From Vicugna vicugna (Eukaryota), in NCBI GenBank assembly GCA_013265495.1, contig MU058463.1:3123523-3187522 (forward strand): 64,000 bases of DNA. The letters are read 5' to 3'. The translations under genes and the position numbers were made by a program. The notes beneath the pieces were generated by a model, which was not told where the DNA came from, searched no databases, and saw only the letters and a program-made list of their open reading frames with translations. This document shows positions 52,101 through 64,000 of this stretch, one piece after another. The first letter of the stretch is position 1, and every line of letters begins with the position of its first letter.

Positions 52101-54102
52101 GCTTGCTGGGAACTGACTCTTTATCACAAATGTGCTTGTCATTGCTTCTGGATTTGCCTAGAGTCTCCCAGAATGCAATTATATCTTCTGATATGTACCT
52201 GACAACCAGATTGAGGTGTTTTTCTTCCATTTTGGGAAACTACATGGAAATAGCTTCTGGGGTGTGACATTGCAATCTTAATGCTTGTCTTTATGTAACT
52301 ATTTGTCCTTATCAGGGGATTCTGTGGCTGCTAGGAGACTGTGTTTAGTTGGTTTAGAAATGACAGTAATGCTCTGGAAATAGCTTTTCTTTTCTAAAAA
52401 ACGACAGGTATGTGATGGGGTGAAACTACTAAAATTAACTCTCCTCCTCACCTTTCAAAAAATAAAGCTTTAAAATATAGACTGTCAGAGCAAAAGTACT
52501 TGTTTTACATTTGCTAAGGAAAGACGGAGAAATCTATTTCTTACCACAATAGCCTTGGAAATAATGATAAGCTTTAGCCAACGGAAACTTGACTATATTC
52601 CTGCATTATGAGCCATTTTGTAATTAGCTGCTAAATATCTATTTTTTAAAAACATGTTATTTTTAAACTTGATTTATTTTATGTCTGTCCTTAAAAAAAT
52701 TGAATATAAGTTCAAGGTGATGTGACAATTCTAGGTCTCTAGGAATACAAAACAAAACAAAACATATGCCAAATTTGAATGAAGCAGTCAGTATATTGTA
52801 GGATGGTTTCTGTTTTCCATGGGGAGAAAAGTGATGGAGATAGAATGGAAAATAGTTCAGAATAGAGAAGAAAAATCAGATTAAATATTGCTGATTAATG
52901 CTGTTTATTCATCACAGTCCCAGTCTATGAAAGCTGATCCCAGTTACATATCTGGATCAAGGGACAACAATTTTAGAATTATAAAATGTTGCAATATAGA
53001 TTCAACATATACATATATTGACTAATTTAGTTAAATGTAATGAAACAAAAAAGTCAACTTTGCTGTATGTTTCTAGAAACTGTTTGAAAAGAGTCATATT
53101 TACCTTCACAATTTAAGTATAGTTGGGTTTAGAATTTCAAAATCATTGAGCTAGCACCCATTGCCAGCAAAGTTCTGCCAGAGTTAGCATTTAAAAAATG
53201 TATTTGTATCTTCTTAACTGTCAGCCTCTGATGAGGTAGGGACTGAACATTTGGAAACTTAAAGAAATATACTGAAGGAGGGAAGGAGAAGAGAAGCAAA
53301 AGCAAGAGCTATTTAAATATTATGCAAATTTTATAGCAGCCTGAAGCAAATGGGTATTAGTCAGTGATAACTTTTGAGGGTCAGTTTAGAAATCTTTGCT
53401 TCATTACATCTGTGGGTAAGTTTCTGTTATCTGCTGAGATGGTGTCTTGAGTTATAGAATTGCTCTTCATTCACTCATTCATTAGTTCACTGATTTTTGT
53501 TGAGAATCTGCTATGTGACAGGCACTGGACTGGTCTGAGCAAGGACAGGACAGTCAGTATGAAAATGAAACCAACAGTTTCAAGAAAAGTGGCAATATTG
53601 TGGAATTCTAGACAAAGTTGAAATGACTCAGTAGTGAAACAAAATATGAGTTTTGTAGCAAAATATCAGTAGCCAAATGTCCCTTCATATTTTCTTCTTT
53701 TGTTACTATAATGACTTACAATGAATCTAAGAAAAGTGATTTCAGATTTGGCAGGCCAACCATCCAAAACAGCTTTCTGTCATGGCCCCTTCCACTCCAG
53801 GAGTGCTAGCCAAGGGTAAGTCCTTTTACAGTGACCCCAGGGAGATGAAGTTCCACATGGTTCAAAGACATAAGTGGACTAGAGTTCTAGGAGGTGTCTA
53901 TTTTAGAAACAAAGAAGTTAGACCTCTTGTTTCAAATAACCAGTCCTTTTTCAGATTGTTCCTCACAAAACTAAACTACTGCATGCTTAGTGTGAGGGTC
54001 CTCCTATTTGGGAAGAAACACCTTTGACTGCCATCTTTAGAAGAATAAACCAACTTTGGGGCCAAATTATGTTTTCAATACTAACTAGGTGGGTGCAAAT
54101 GG

Positions 54103-54270
54103 AGGGTTTTTAACCTGGAGTCCCTGGACTCATATAGATAGGTTTTAAGTAAGCTGTGGACCCCATTATGTTGTATGCAAAATTGTGAAGACATGTGAGG
54201 TTTTCAAGAAAGGGTCTATAGCTTTCATTATATTTTAAAGGGTCTACCTCTCAAAATTTAAGAACAATTG
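54103..54270. mobile_element. Short hAT-Charlie element (Charlie4z-like)
   Basis: 'gggtttttaacctggagtccctggac...ttgtatgcaaaattgtg...agggtctatagctttcatta...aaagggtc...ttaagaacaattg'. Confidence 0.6.
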
Positions 54271-56999
54271 AATTTAATAAATCATTTGAGTAACAGTGCT
54301 ATTACATCAAGATTTATTTCTCTTAATTCTGGAATTCCCAGCTTTTATATGAAACTATTTCCTTCAAGTTAAGACTATGCAAAACCCAGCCAACACCTGC
54401 TATCATCTGATGAAGCTGAGGAGAACAGAAAGCTAACAACTTTCATTATTCTGAATTACACAAGTTCATTTCCATATCCTGCCCTAGCCTGAGTATGTAG
54501 ACATTGCCAGAAAGGATTTCCCACTGAGGGACAAGAAAGGGAAGTTTAAAAATCCTGTTTTGGTATACTGATAGGCTCCATCACCTAAAATAATTTCTTG
54601 GATTCTATTTATGCACTTGCCATAGGCCTTTGCATCACTTTCTAAACTTAGCAGTTTTAATGTTTCTTGGGAAAACGACCACGAAAAAGTTTCCATCTTC
54701 AAGTAGGGGTAAAAATAACAATTATTTCTGTATCTCTCACTTATGGAGAACTGTGGTTTGTTCTTCTATCAGCATATTTTTGTGACCTCACCCTTGCTAT
54801 TTGAAAACTTTGCAGAGTAATATTTTATTCTATCCCAAAGGCACCACATGTCACCTTCCACCTTCCTAAGATAGACACCAGGTGTCAGAAAACGGCAGGC
54901 TCTCAGTAGCTAACGTTGAAGGTAATGGTCTTTGGCATGTCTAAATGCACTTTAAGAAAAAAAAGTTTTTCTATGAATAAAAGATGTGGAAAAGTCAGTA
55001 ATGCTAAGATATCATTTTTAAGCACATAATTGTTAGCATAAATGAAAGTTTTCAAGAATAAGGTACTTGGATCTTACTTAATAAGAGACCTTGTACACAA
55101 ACTAATAGATCCAATCAGATTAAAACTGTATCTATATGAAAAACGACCAACAAAATAACAGTCCACGACCCACATGTTATCTTTCGTTGGACTAGATGTG
55201 ATGGAATGTATTCATTCTGGCACCAACCTTTGACCAGTGTGGTTATGTGTAAGCATTCTAGTAAAGAAAGGAGAAAGTATATTTATTCCAGCCTAAATTA
55301 TCTCTCTAGATAACACAGTGGTGACTGAATGTATCACGCTCACCCATGGTATTTCCACGAAAGACACCAGATCTAGGCAAAAATCTCCAAGTACTTGTAG
55401 GTACAGTATTTTAACATGGGAAGTCCAGTTGGAACTTTTATAGCTTCACAAAGAGCATGATTCTCTGTACTGGGATGCTGGGTCCAAAGGGCTCACCTCA
55501 CATTACAGTTTAGAGTAAAACAGATTTATGAATAATCAAGGCACTCATATAACCAAGAATCATCCAAGATGGAAAACAACAGGAAACTTAAGCCAAGACT
55601 CATTTTATTTTTGCCCTTCTTACTATATCCATTGGAAAAGAACTCCATTGGCCCTTTTTAAGCTAGTAATGTCTAATGCAGGAAGACAGGAATAAGCAGA
55701 GTAGAAAGCACCTGTCAGCTCTATTTCCCACTCTCCTTGATTAGCATGAAACATTAATAGGGCTTTCAGAAATTCTGGCCTGAAATGGGCTTTGCCTGAG
55801 AACGTGTCTGTCTTTACTGCATAAAAGCCACTGTCATTAAAAAAGGGCAGATAACTAAAGAAGACTCTTTCTTGAAATTTATACCTTTTTTTATACAATG
55901 ACAAATTATTTTAATAATGGGAATCACATACACTGCCATTTGTATAATGTTTCCCATAAAATTCCCCCATTAAATTTGCTCCTTTACTTGACTCATCGCT
56001 TTTTAGAAAAAAAGAATGACATACACAAAATGATACATCATGCTTTCTTATAAAGAATTGACAATGAACATACAGTAATGGGTTAACATACATTTTAATA
56101 AAATCTTCATTGTTGTGCATTTCACTTTTCGATCCTGAAAACCAGGCATGTTCAAGTAACCTCAGGCAATGCCTAAGGATAGAACAAATCATATGCTGGT
56201 GAACTATTTTCACCTATGTATTCTTCAACTGAAAAAAATATTCATAAAATCAAAAGAAAATCAGATGTGCACCAAAAAATTATATTTAGTCTTAATACCC
56301 TTTACCACATACCATATGTCACTATATACTAAAACTAAAACAAAACAAAAAAAATGCTCTAAGGAGCTCTAGAATTTTTTTGAAGGTTTGGGGTATTTTT
56401 AAATTTCATTAAAGGTGAGTGTCAGGTTGATTTTCATTCTCCAAAGTGACCACAAAACTCAAAAGACAGAATGGGATTCAAATAAGAAAGTCATAGATCA
56501 CAAAATACAGCTCTATCCAGGTTCGTAATTTGATGCTTGAGTTTTTAGGTCCAGAAACTTTTGATCTGAGTTGAGCACTTGTTATATTTACATAGTCAGT
56601 TAGTTTACAAAGAAATATGCATGTTGGGGAGCCTGTCCTTAGAGTCCGTGAAGGTGTCAGCCTGTACATTCGATGTCCTTGGATATGATTCCTAAGGGGG
56701 CAGGCATAGTGGAGAAGTGCCCTGTGTGAAATGAGGTGTCCACCAGAATTTTATTAAATAATAACACTTTGTGGGAAAATGTTCTACTTTCACCACTCAG
56801 CTACAATTGGGCACCCCAAGTGAAATGAGATGCAAATCATAAATGTGTCTCCAGTTTCCTTCTGGTGATTCTCTAAGTGTGGAACCCCTGGAGTGTTTTA
56901 TGGGAGGGTTCAGTAGGCACCAATGACAAGAAAAGTTAAAAAAATACATTTACTGTATATTTAGTTAAGAGAAGCTGTTATTTAAAATATTGTGAGCAC

Positions 57000-59450
57000 T
57001 TTCCATCCTATTAAGAAATGTCTTTTTTATCAGTGCTCAGAAAGATGCTGCAGGTAATACTGCTGTCGAAACAAGATGAGCAGTGGGTGTAGGAAGGAAG
57101 GCAGTTAAAAACAACAACAACAACAAACACTAAAAACTCAGATCTAATCAAATGAAATTGGACAAGTCCCAGCGAAGTGCCCAATGACAACAAACCGTTA
57201 GAGACCACGGAACACACCCTGGGAGGTAGTTTAAAGTCTATAATATTGTTTCCCTTCCAATAAATGTTTTGCTTCATGAATTAGAAACAAAGTATGTAAA
57301 GGCTACACAGCAGACCTTCCTGTATTCTTTTAAAGCAAATCTGTGCTCACGATACATAACACACAGTCAGTAAAGCGAGACACACCTTTTATTGACACTG
57401 ATGACTGAAACTGACTTGCAAAACTGGGACCCCAAGGAGGAACTATTTCAGTCATAAATCCTCATGAGTCCCTGGGTGACACTACCTGGCATCCTAATCG
57501 TCAGGGAGGCAAGTTAAGATTTTCAACATAGCATTAAATCCTTTCCCAGTCCTAAAGAGACACATGAAAACCTCATGTATTTGAAATACTAACACGAAAA
57601 CAGGCTGTGAATAATGGCTGAGGGACTCCAAATTAATATTATAGAGAGGGAGGGAACGTGTACATCTCCAGCTAAATGCTAATCAATAGGTCTATAGAAA
57701 CATAAAGCTTAATTCCAGAACTATTAATGTGGAGCAATAGAATAAAAGGAATAATGCATATTCGCTGCCCAGGCTGCATTTTCTAGTAAAAATGCGTTGC
57801 ACTCTGCTAGCTTGTCAATCTTTAATAGAAACTCATCAATTATTTGTGGGCAGGAGATTGAAATGGCTAATAGCTCAAATATATTCCTCCATTTCATTGC
57901 ATCAGTAGCTCTAAATTAATGCCTGCATTTTTTCCTTAAATTAAGCTTAAAAAATAAATAAAATGGGAATGTGTGCTTTATTTTAGCATACATTTAGCAT
58001 ACAGGTAAATGAGCAAACATTAGTTATCATCCCCTGACAATTAAAAAGCAGAAACAAATTTTTTTTACAAGCAAAGAATGTCCAAAAAGAAAAAAAGAAA
58101 GAAAAAACTACATTTGCATTTTTCGACATTAAAATCCTTATACAGCAATCCAGCTTAACTAAAATTTCATGAAATAAACACAGCAAAGACAATACTCAAA
58201 ACTTACTTGGCTGCTTTCATATGACTGACATCATCTGATCACCTGTACTACACAAAGTATATACCAAAATATCACATAGTTGAAAGGCAGAGGGTTCCGC
58301 ATAAAGCAAAGTCTACTCGATTCTCCCTAATTAAAAATGAAGCTTCTCTGACATTAATAGGCAGTAAAGCAAATTTATAGGCAGACACAGAACATTTCAG
58401 TCAAAAAAGTTAGCCTACAACTTGAGAGAAGGCAGGTTTTGCCAATCACATGCCAAGAATCTACCCTCTCTGACCCCAGCCATCTCTGAGATAGGGATAC
58501 TGGCATTCTTTGCACATCAGAAATACGCCAGCAGAGACCATTCATGAGGGAAATAGGAAAGCAAGTCACATTTGAGCAGACAACAAATGCTCCCAAACCT
58601 TGACCCACTACATGCAACAGTGAGTGAGCCGCGCACCCAGCACCCAGCACCGTGAGCTAGAACAGAACTCTGCAGGCACTGACCTACTCCCTGCCCTGCT
58701 GCAGGAGGCTCTGGTCCCTGCGCACAAGCAGGCGGAAAAAAATAAATCAAAGGAGATTTGCATTATCATTATAAGCTAGTACCCACACAACAGCACAGAA
58801 CAGATGACACACTTACTGTAATGTCCCATGAAGCAAAGTTCCCATCTAGAGAGAGGCACTGTTTGCATTAGTCCACTCCCTGAAAAAGGGTTAACCATTA
58901 TGAAGAAACATTATGCCAGACATTAGCAGACAGCCTACTTAGAGATTACATTTTTCCATACATGATAAATCCTGAGTAAACCTGTTTTTCTTTTTAAACA
59001 CCTTGCAGAATGAAGCCTCGCTCTGCATCTAGTTGCCAAAGCACAATCAATATGGAAGGAGCGGTATTTTATGATTGGAGAAGTTGTTGTGTTTTTGGTG
59101 GTGAAATTCATTATTTAGTATCTGAACCCTCAGCATTTCAGTATCATTTATTCATAAAGTCCCTTTTTGCCAGGAGGAAATGGATACAGCTGTAGAGAGA
59201 GAGAGAGAGAGTGCATGAGAGAGAGGGAGAGAGAGAGAGGGAGAGGGAGTGAGACGGATTGATGATATTGATCAGGTACCATCTTGAAACAAAGGCTGGG
59301 TGCTCTATTTTCGTTGACAACTGTGACACATAAAAAACAAGCAAGAGAGGGGGAAGGCTAGGGCCTTGAACACTACAGGCTTTAAAAAGCGTTTGAAGAA
59401 ACCATTATGACAAGCAGGTCTAGGGAAGCTGCCGCACAAATGTATTCAGA
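57000..59450. promoter_or_regulatory. Putative conserved non-coding enhancer cluster
   Basis: About 2.4 kb without recognisable transposons; many TAAT/ATTA, TGACA and ATTTGCAT motifs, and a CpG-richer patch at about 58620-58740. Confidence 0.4.
59194..59254. repeat. Interrupted (GA)n microsatellite
   Basis: Directly visible. Confidence 0.9.
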
Positions 59451-60422
59451 AGAGTCATTAAAAAATGATGCTTTGTTTGCCTTGTGAATATGAGGTTTCC
59501 AGCTCGCTGCAGTACTTGCTGCTACAGAGGAAATGAGGAGGTCTGCACAAGGCAGTTACCTCTCTTTCTTGTGGGGTAGGGGATGGGAAAGGGGGCAAGA
59601 AGGGGTCTGTGGAGGGAAAAGGCAACATTTTCTCCCCATAAGCCCAAATGTATTTCTCTGGATCATGAGTCCTCAAGAGTTTTTTCATCACCAAGGGCTC
59701 TCAAAAAGTTGACAATTTTTATATCAGAATTATTTATTTCTCATGAAACACTTGAATAATTCAAACACCTTCGAAGGCGTTAACTAACATTACGGCTTCC
59801 TTGTACGTTTTTTAGTACAGAGGCTGTAAGGAGGGAATGTTATTTGAGCAGCATGTACCTCCTGGCATCAGATCACAGACAGTGTTTCCTCTTGTCCAAT
59901 CATCTGCATGGACGGATGCCGTGGGGGCTAATCGAAATTAGGCAGAGATTCATTATATGCTCAATTGGAAAAGAAGCCTAGAGATCTGACTGTCTACTGC
60001 ACTCTGGGAGGTGATGTTCTTCTGCAGATTTCCAGACACTGGCATGGATTTTAACAAAGAGAGCATCCTGGAGGCTGTCCAAGGCAGCCCAGGGAGGGCC
60101 TTCTTTGGAGTTCAGGTAAAAATGTCTCCTGGCATTGAAGATCATATGAGCACTGGGCACCAACTGCTTCTAGAGCCAGCGAAGGGGCACCTAGTTCTCT
60201 TCTGATGACCACCCATGCTGGCAGGCCCTGATAGTGGAAACAAACAACACTTCGTTATCAGAAATCTGAAGTGGTTTTGTACTATGTAACTTTCCCTGGA
60301 ACTGAGGGGACCAGGGAGGAGGGGAAGGGTCATTTCTTCACTCTTCTCTTCAGCTACCTTGTGTATATTTACCAAAATCAGAATGTGATTGCCATACACA
60401 GGCCTATTTTATAAATTGGCAT

Positions 60423-61187
60423 CTTGGAGAGGGTGTGGAGGAAAGGCGACCCTCCTACACTGTTGGTGGGAATGTAAATTGGTGCAGCTACTATGGAGAG
60501 CAGTATGGAAGTTCCTTAAAAAACTAAAAATAGACTTATCATATGCTCCAGCAATCCCACTCCTGCGCATATATCTAGAAATGATGAAAACTCTAATTTG
60601 AAAAGATACATGCACCCCAATGTTCATAGCAGCACTATTTACAATGGCCCAGACACACAAGTAACCTAAATGTTCATCAACAGATGAATGGATAAAGATG
60701 ATATGGTATATATATAGACAATAGAATACTACTCAGCCATAAAAAGGAATGAAATAATGTCATTGGCAGCAACATGGATGGACCTAGAGATTATTATACA
60801 AAGTGAAGTAAGTCAGACAGAGAAAGACAAATATCATGTGATATTTTTATGTAGAATCTAAAAGATGATACAAATGAACTTATTTACAAAACATAAATAG
60901 GCTCACAGACATAGAAAACAAACTTATGCCTACCAAAGGGGAAGGTAGGGGAGGGATAAATTGGGAATTGGGGATTAACAGATACACACTACTATATATA
61001 AAATAGATAAACAACAAAGACCTACTGTATAGCACCAGGAGTTATATTCAATATCTTGTAATAACCTAAAATGGAAAAGAATCTGAAAAAGAATATATAT
61101 ATGTGTGTATAACTGAATCACTTTGTTGTACACCTGAAACATTGTGACTCAACTATATTTCAATTAAAAAATAAACAAAAATAATAA
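60423..61187 (+). mobile_element. 5'-truncated L1 LINE with 12-bp TSD, Cetartiodactyla-type 3' UTR
   Basis: TSD 'ataaattggcat' at 60411-60422 and 61188-61199; target tttt/ataa resembles the L1 endonuclease site. ORF2 C-terminus, 3' UTR 'gacctactgtatagcacc...tattcaatatcttgtaataacc...ggaaaagaatctgaaaaagaatatata', and an A-rich tail. Confidence 0.95.
60425..60861 (+). pseudogene. Disrupted L1 ORF2p C-terminal (cysteine-rich) remnant
   Basis: [47 protein letters not shown]...[14 protein letters not shown]...SEVSQTEKDKYH; contains in-frame stops (e.g. 60599-60601) and frameshifts. Confidence 0.9.
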
Positions 61188-61199
61188 ATAAATTGGCAT

Positions 61200-61350
61200 T
61201 TCTGTGTGACCTTGGTGGAGTTCCTTAACTTCTCTGAACCTCAGTTCCTCATATTGAAACTGAGAAATAACATCATAGGCTTTGTCGCTGGAACTCAATG
61301 GATATGTAGAAGTGTCTGGGATGGTGCTTTGTGTTGATTATTCGCATCAT
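61200..61350 (+). mobile_element. MIR SINE adjacent to, or split by, the L1 insertion
   Basis: 'ctgtgtgaccttgg...ttccttaacttctctgaacctcagttcctcat'. Confidence 0.75.
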
Positions 61351-63149
61351 AAATATAGTCGCTACAAATTCTATATTGATATTAGTAAAGAAATCTTTTT
61401 TGATTGTTATTCTTAAAAGGAAGCTCTCTCCATACTGTTTTATATTTAAATAAAACCATGTAGAAGAGATGGCTTACTGGCACTTAGTTCAGCAGCAGTG
61501 AGGAGAACAGATCCCATGAGGAGAATTAACAATAAATAAAGAAAATAAGATGGTTTCTACACACAGTTTTTCTGGATTCTATTGTTTCTTCTTAAGCTGT
61601 ATTCAGTAAAATCACAATGGTATTAAATACTCAGTGTGTCTAAGGTTTTCCTTTTGTTGTGATTTTTTCAAAATCAAAACACAATTTGAATGAAACCTGC
61701 AACTTCATTACATCCATTTGCACGTGTTTTCAAAATTTCCAGAGTATATCTCACTTGTTAGATCCAACCAACACTGACATGGGAAGACAATTTTATATCC
61801 TAGTTTTTGAGATAAAAAAAAACAAGTCTCAGGATGCATGATCTTCTTAAGGCAAAAATGAGTTAAGCTTAGAGCTCAAATGTTCAATGCTTTCTGTCAC
61901 TATCTTCACCCACCTATCTATCCCTGCCATTCATGAAACATGAATTAATTAATGTGAGTTAGACACTGTTATGCATTAGACAATATGAAAGCTAATTATA
62001 ATTCCTGAAAATGTCACTAAATTCTGGAGATGGGTGTGAGCTCAGGTGATCACTCAGGACACTTAGATCTAAGACACTAAACTGGTTGATAACATTTGTG
62101 CTCTCAGTCATATCCAAAAGAGAAACGCTGTCACCCACTGATTTTTTGAGGTTTCTGAAGGTTTCTCTAAAACGCACCCCTCCTCCTTGAGCAGGTCTTG
62201 GGTAGGCCCTACTGCATAAAATAAATAAGATTTACGATCTGAAGGAACAGAAGAGAAGTCATTCTCTCTGGAAGCAGATTGACTCTCAAGTAGAAGGGAA
62301 ACATAAATGCAAAACTTCTCAGTCAATAAGTCGCTGTGTCTCCCCAGATGCAGAGTAAGTGAAGGAAAGCCAAGAGGGTTTAAGGAAAATCCATTTTAAT
62401 GAAAAACATGAGTTGGGAAATGGGGTTCCCCTTAAGAAGAGTCAGGATCTAAGACTCCTAAAAACCAAATTCGGACACTTCCTAATGAAAAGTCATTGTC
62501 TGTCAAACTTCAACACTTGTTGAAACTTCTGGTTTTAGGTAGCATGCTGAATATATTCAACTTCAGCCTCTTCTCCAGCAAGACATAAAATGCATATTTA
62601 AAATGGAATTAATAAATATACAACTATACTTGAAAGCAATCAGGGGGACTCTTGTTGAAGAATTAAGCAAGAATTGAGGGATTAATATAGGCCTAAAAGA
62701 AGGAAGCAGATATGCAATACCAGCAGTAAGCCAAGGTTGTAACCACTGACCGAAGCTTTCCCCATATCCATACACGCCAGAGTCTGAGAGGCTCAAAGGT
62801 GACATTTGCAGCAGAAGGCCAGTGTGTAATGAAGACTCAGGTAAACTTTCAGGAGGACCAACACTGTGCAAGAGTGATAACAATCCCAACTAATGAAAGA
62901 ACTAGCATATACATCATGGTATTAACAGAATATTTAGAAGGAACTTTAAAGAAATACATTTCATATAGTCAGAGAGGTAAAGAAGTAAATCACATCCATA
63001 AAACAAAGATAAAAAATGATGAAAACAGACATATCTATGTATGTGTAATATATATATTTGCTGAAATAATATTCAGTGAAGACAATGAAAATATTTGACT
63101 ATTTAAGGTTAAAATTCAGTGCAATTAAATGAAATCACAAAATAAAAAG

Positions 63150-63265
63150 TAATCTAGACTAGAATGTAGGATTTTTGAAGACAGTTTGTTTCATGTGATC
63201 ACTACTGTGTCCCCAGTGCCTAGAACAGCACCAGCCACAAAGGGAACTTGTTAAATGAAATGATG
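63150..63265 (+). mobile_element. L2 3' end
   Basis: 'tcactactgtgtccccagtgcctagaacagcaccagc...ttgttaaatgaa'. Confidence 0.7.
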
Positions 63266-63399
63266 GAGGAACTCAGCCTCCTCCAGCCTTCTTGTCAGAG
63301 GGGATGGTTCTTCAACTGTGCCCGCTTGTAGTTTTGATCCATCTATATCCCCACCCTCTCTTACACCTCCGATCTTTCCTACTTCACTTTCGTTTCCCT

Positions 63400-63900
63400 G
63401 TCCACTGACAAACATACTTAACTAACTACCCCTTCTTCCAACCTCAACTCCTCCTCCTGATCACTTCTGGAATTTCATTCATGAAAATGCAGGCTTCATC
63501 TGCTGCCTCTCCTTTCTGGTTGCATTCATCCACCACTCACTGCAGTCTCTTGCTTTCATTCCGTTGTTTCTTTCAGTCCTTTCATTACTGATATTTCTGC
63601 AGCTCTTTACTGTGCTGGCTGTTCTTGTTTTATTTTAATTGTCCTCTCCGAAACTTGTGATGTTTCTCCTCATTTCTAACTCTGCGTCTATTCTTTTTTC
63701 TTTCCTATGATTGGTTTCTGCTTCTCTGACAATCCCTTACATTTCCAAGATGCCATCTTCAATTCTCTTAACTTTCACTCTAAAAGCTCTATTTGGGTGA
63801 TCTTAACAAATCCTTAGCTTTGATCACCATCTACAATATGCAATTCTTAAACTGATGTCCCCTGTCTGGAGCCTTTCCCTGAATTTCAGCTTTATATTTC
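63400..63900 (+). mobile_element. L2 internal fragment (degraded)
   Basis: Pyrimidine-rich, with 'ccactcactgcagtct', 'gggtgatctt...gctttgatcaccatcta' and 'gcctttccctgaatttcag'. Confidence 0.5.
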
Positions 63901-64000
63901 TCACCAGTGTGCCCTTCAGTTGAGAAGGAAGAATGTGATATCGACAACACAAAATGTGATTAGGGCCATTGCGAGATGAAAACTAATTGTTATGGGTCAT

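Noticed and set aside
1..64000. CRISPR arrays, operons, tRNA/rRNA/snRNA genes, CpG-island promoter, processed pseudogenes
   Set aside because: I saw no regularly spaced repeats, gene-dense coding structure, recognisable structural RNA, CpG island or retrocopy. The remaining short ORFs are consistent with random six-frame noise in mammalian non-coding DNA.

Overview
This window is AT-rich, CpG-depleted, essentially non-coding placental mammal DNA. I found no prokaryotic features: no operons, CRISPR arrays, or rRNA/tRNA genes. Much of 1-29 kb and scattered patches elsewhere are old transposon fossils recognised by eye against remembered consensus sequences: L2, MIR, MLT1 and MER67-like LTRs, HAL1, and hAT DNA elements (MER20, MER33, MER63, Charlie4z-like). 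One younger 5'-truncated L1 (60423-61187) has a perfect 12-bp target-site duplication and a Cetartiodactyla-type 3' UTR. No ruminant, whale or pig SINEs are visible, which points tentatively to a camelid-like genome. Apart from the L1 ORF2 remnant and degraded L2 ORF2, I cannot support any listed ORF as a real gene. The best gene-like signal is an unidentified candidate terminal exon at 19784-~20115. Blocks at about 29.4-31.6, 45.4-47.0, 49.5-50.3 and 57.0-59.5 kb are repeat-poor and rich in homeobox/POU/TCF motifs, resembling conserved non-coding elements of a developmental regulatory landscape (inference). The most unusual directly visible signals are two short non-tandem local duplications (8138/10799 and 13674/14997) that look like templated insertions. 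I cannot support a claim of a new biological system. Repeat boundaries are approximate and subfamily names need RepeatMasker/Dfam confirmation.
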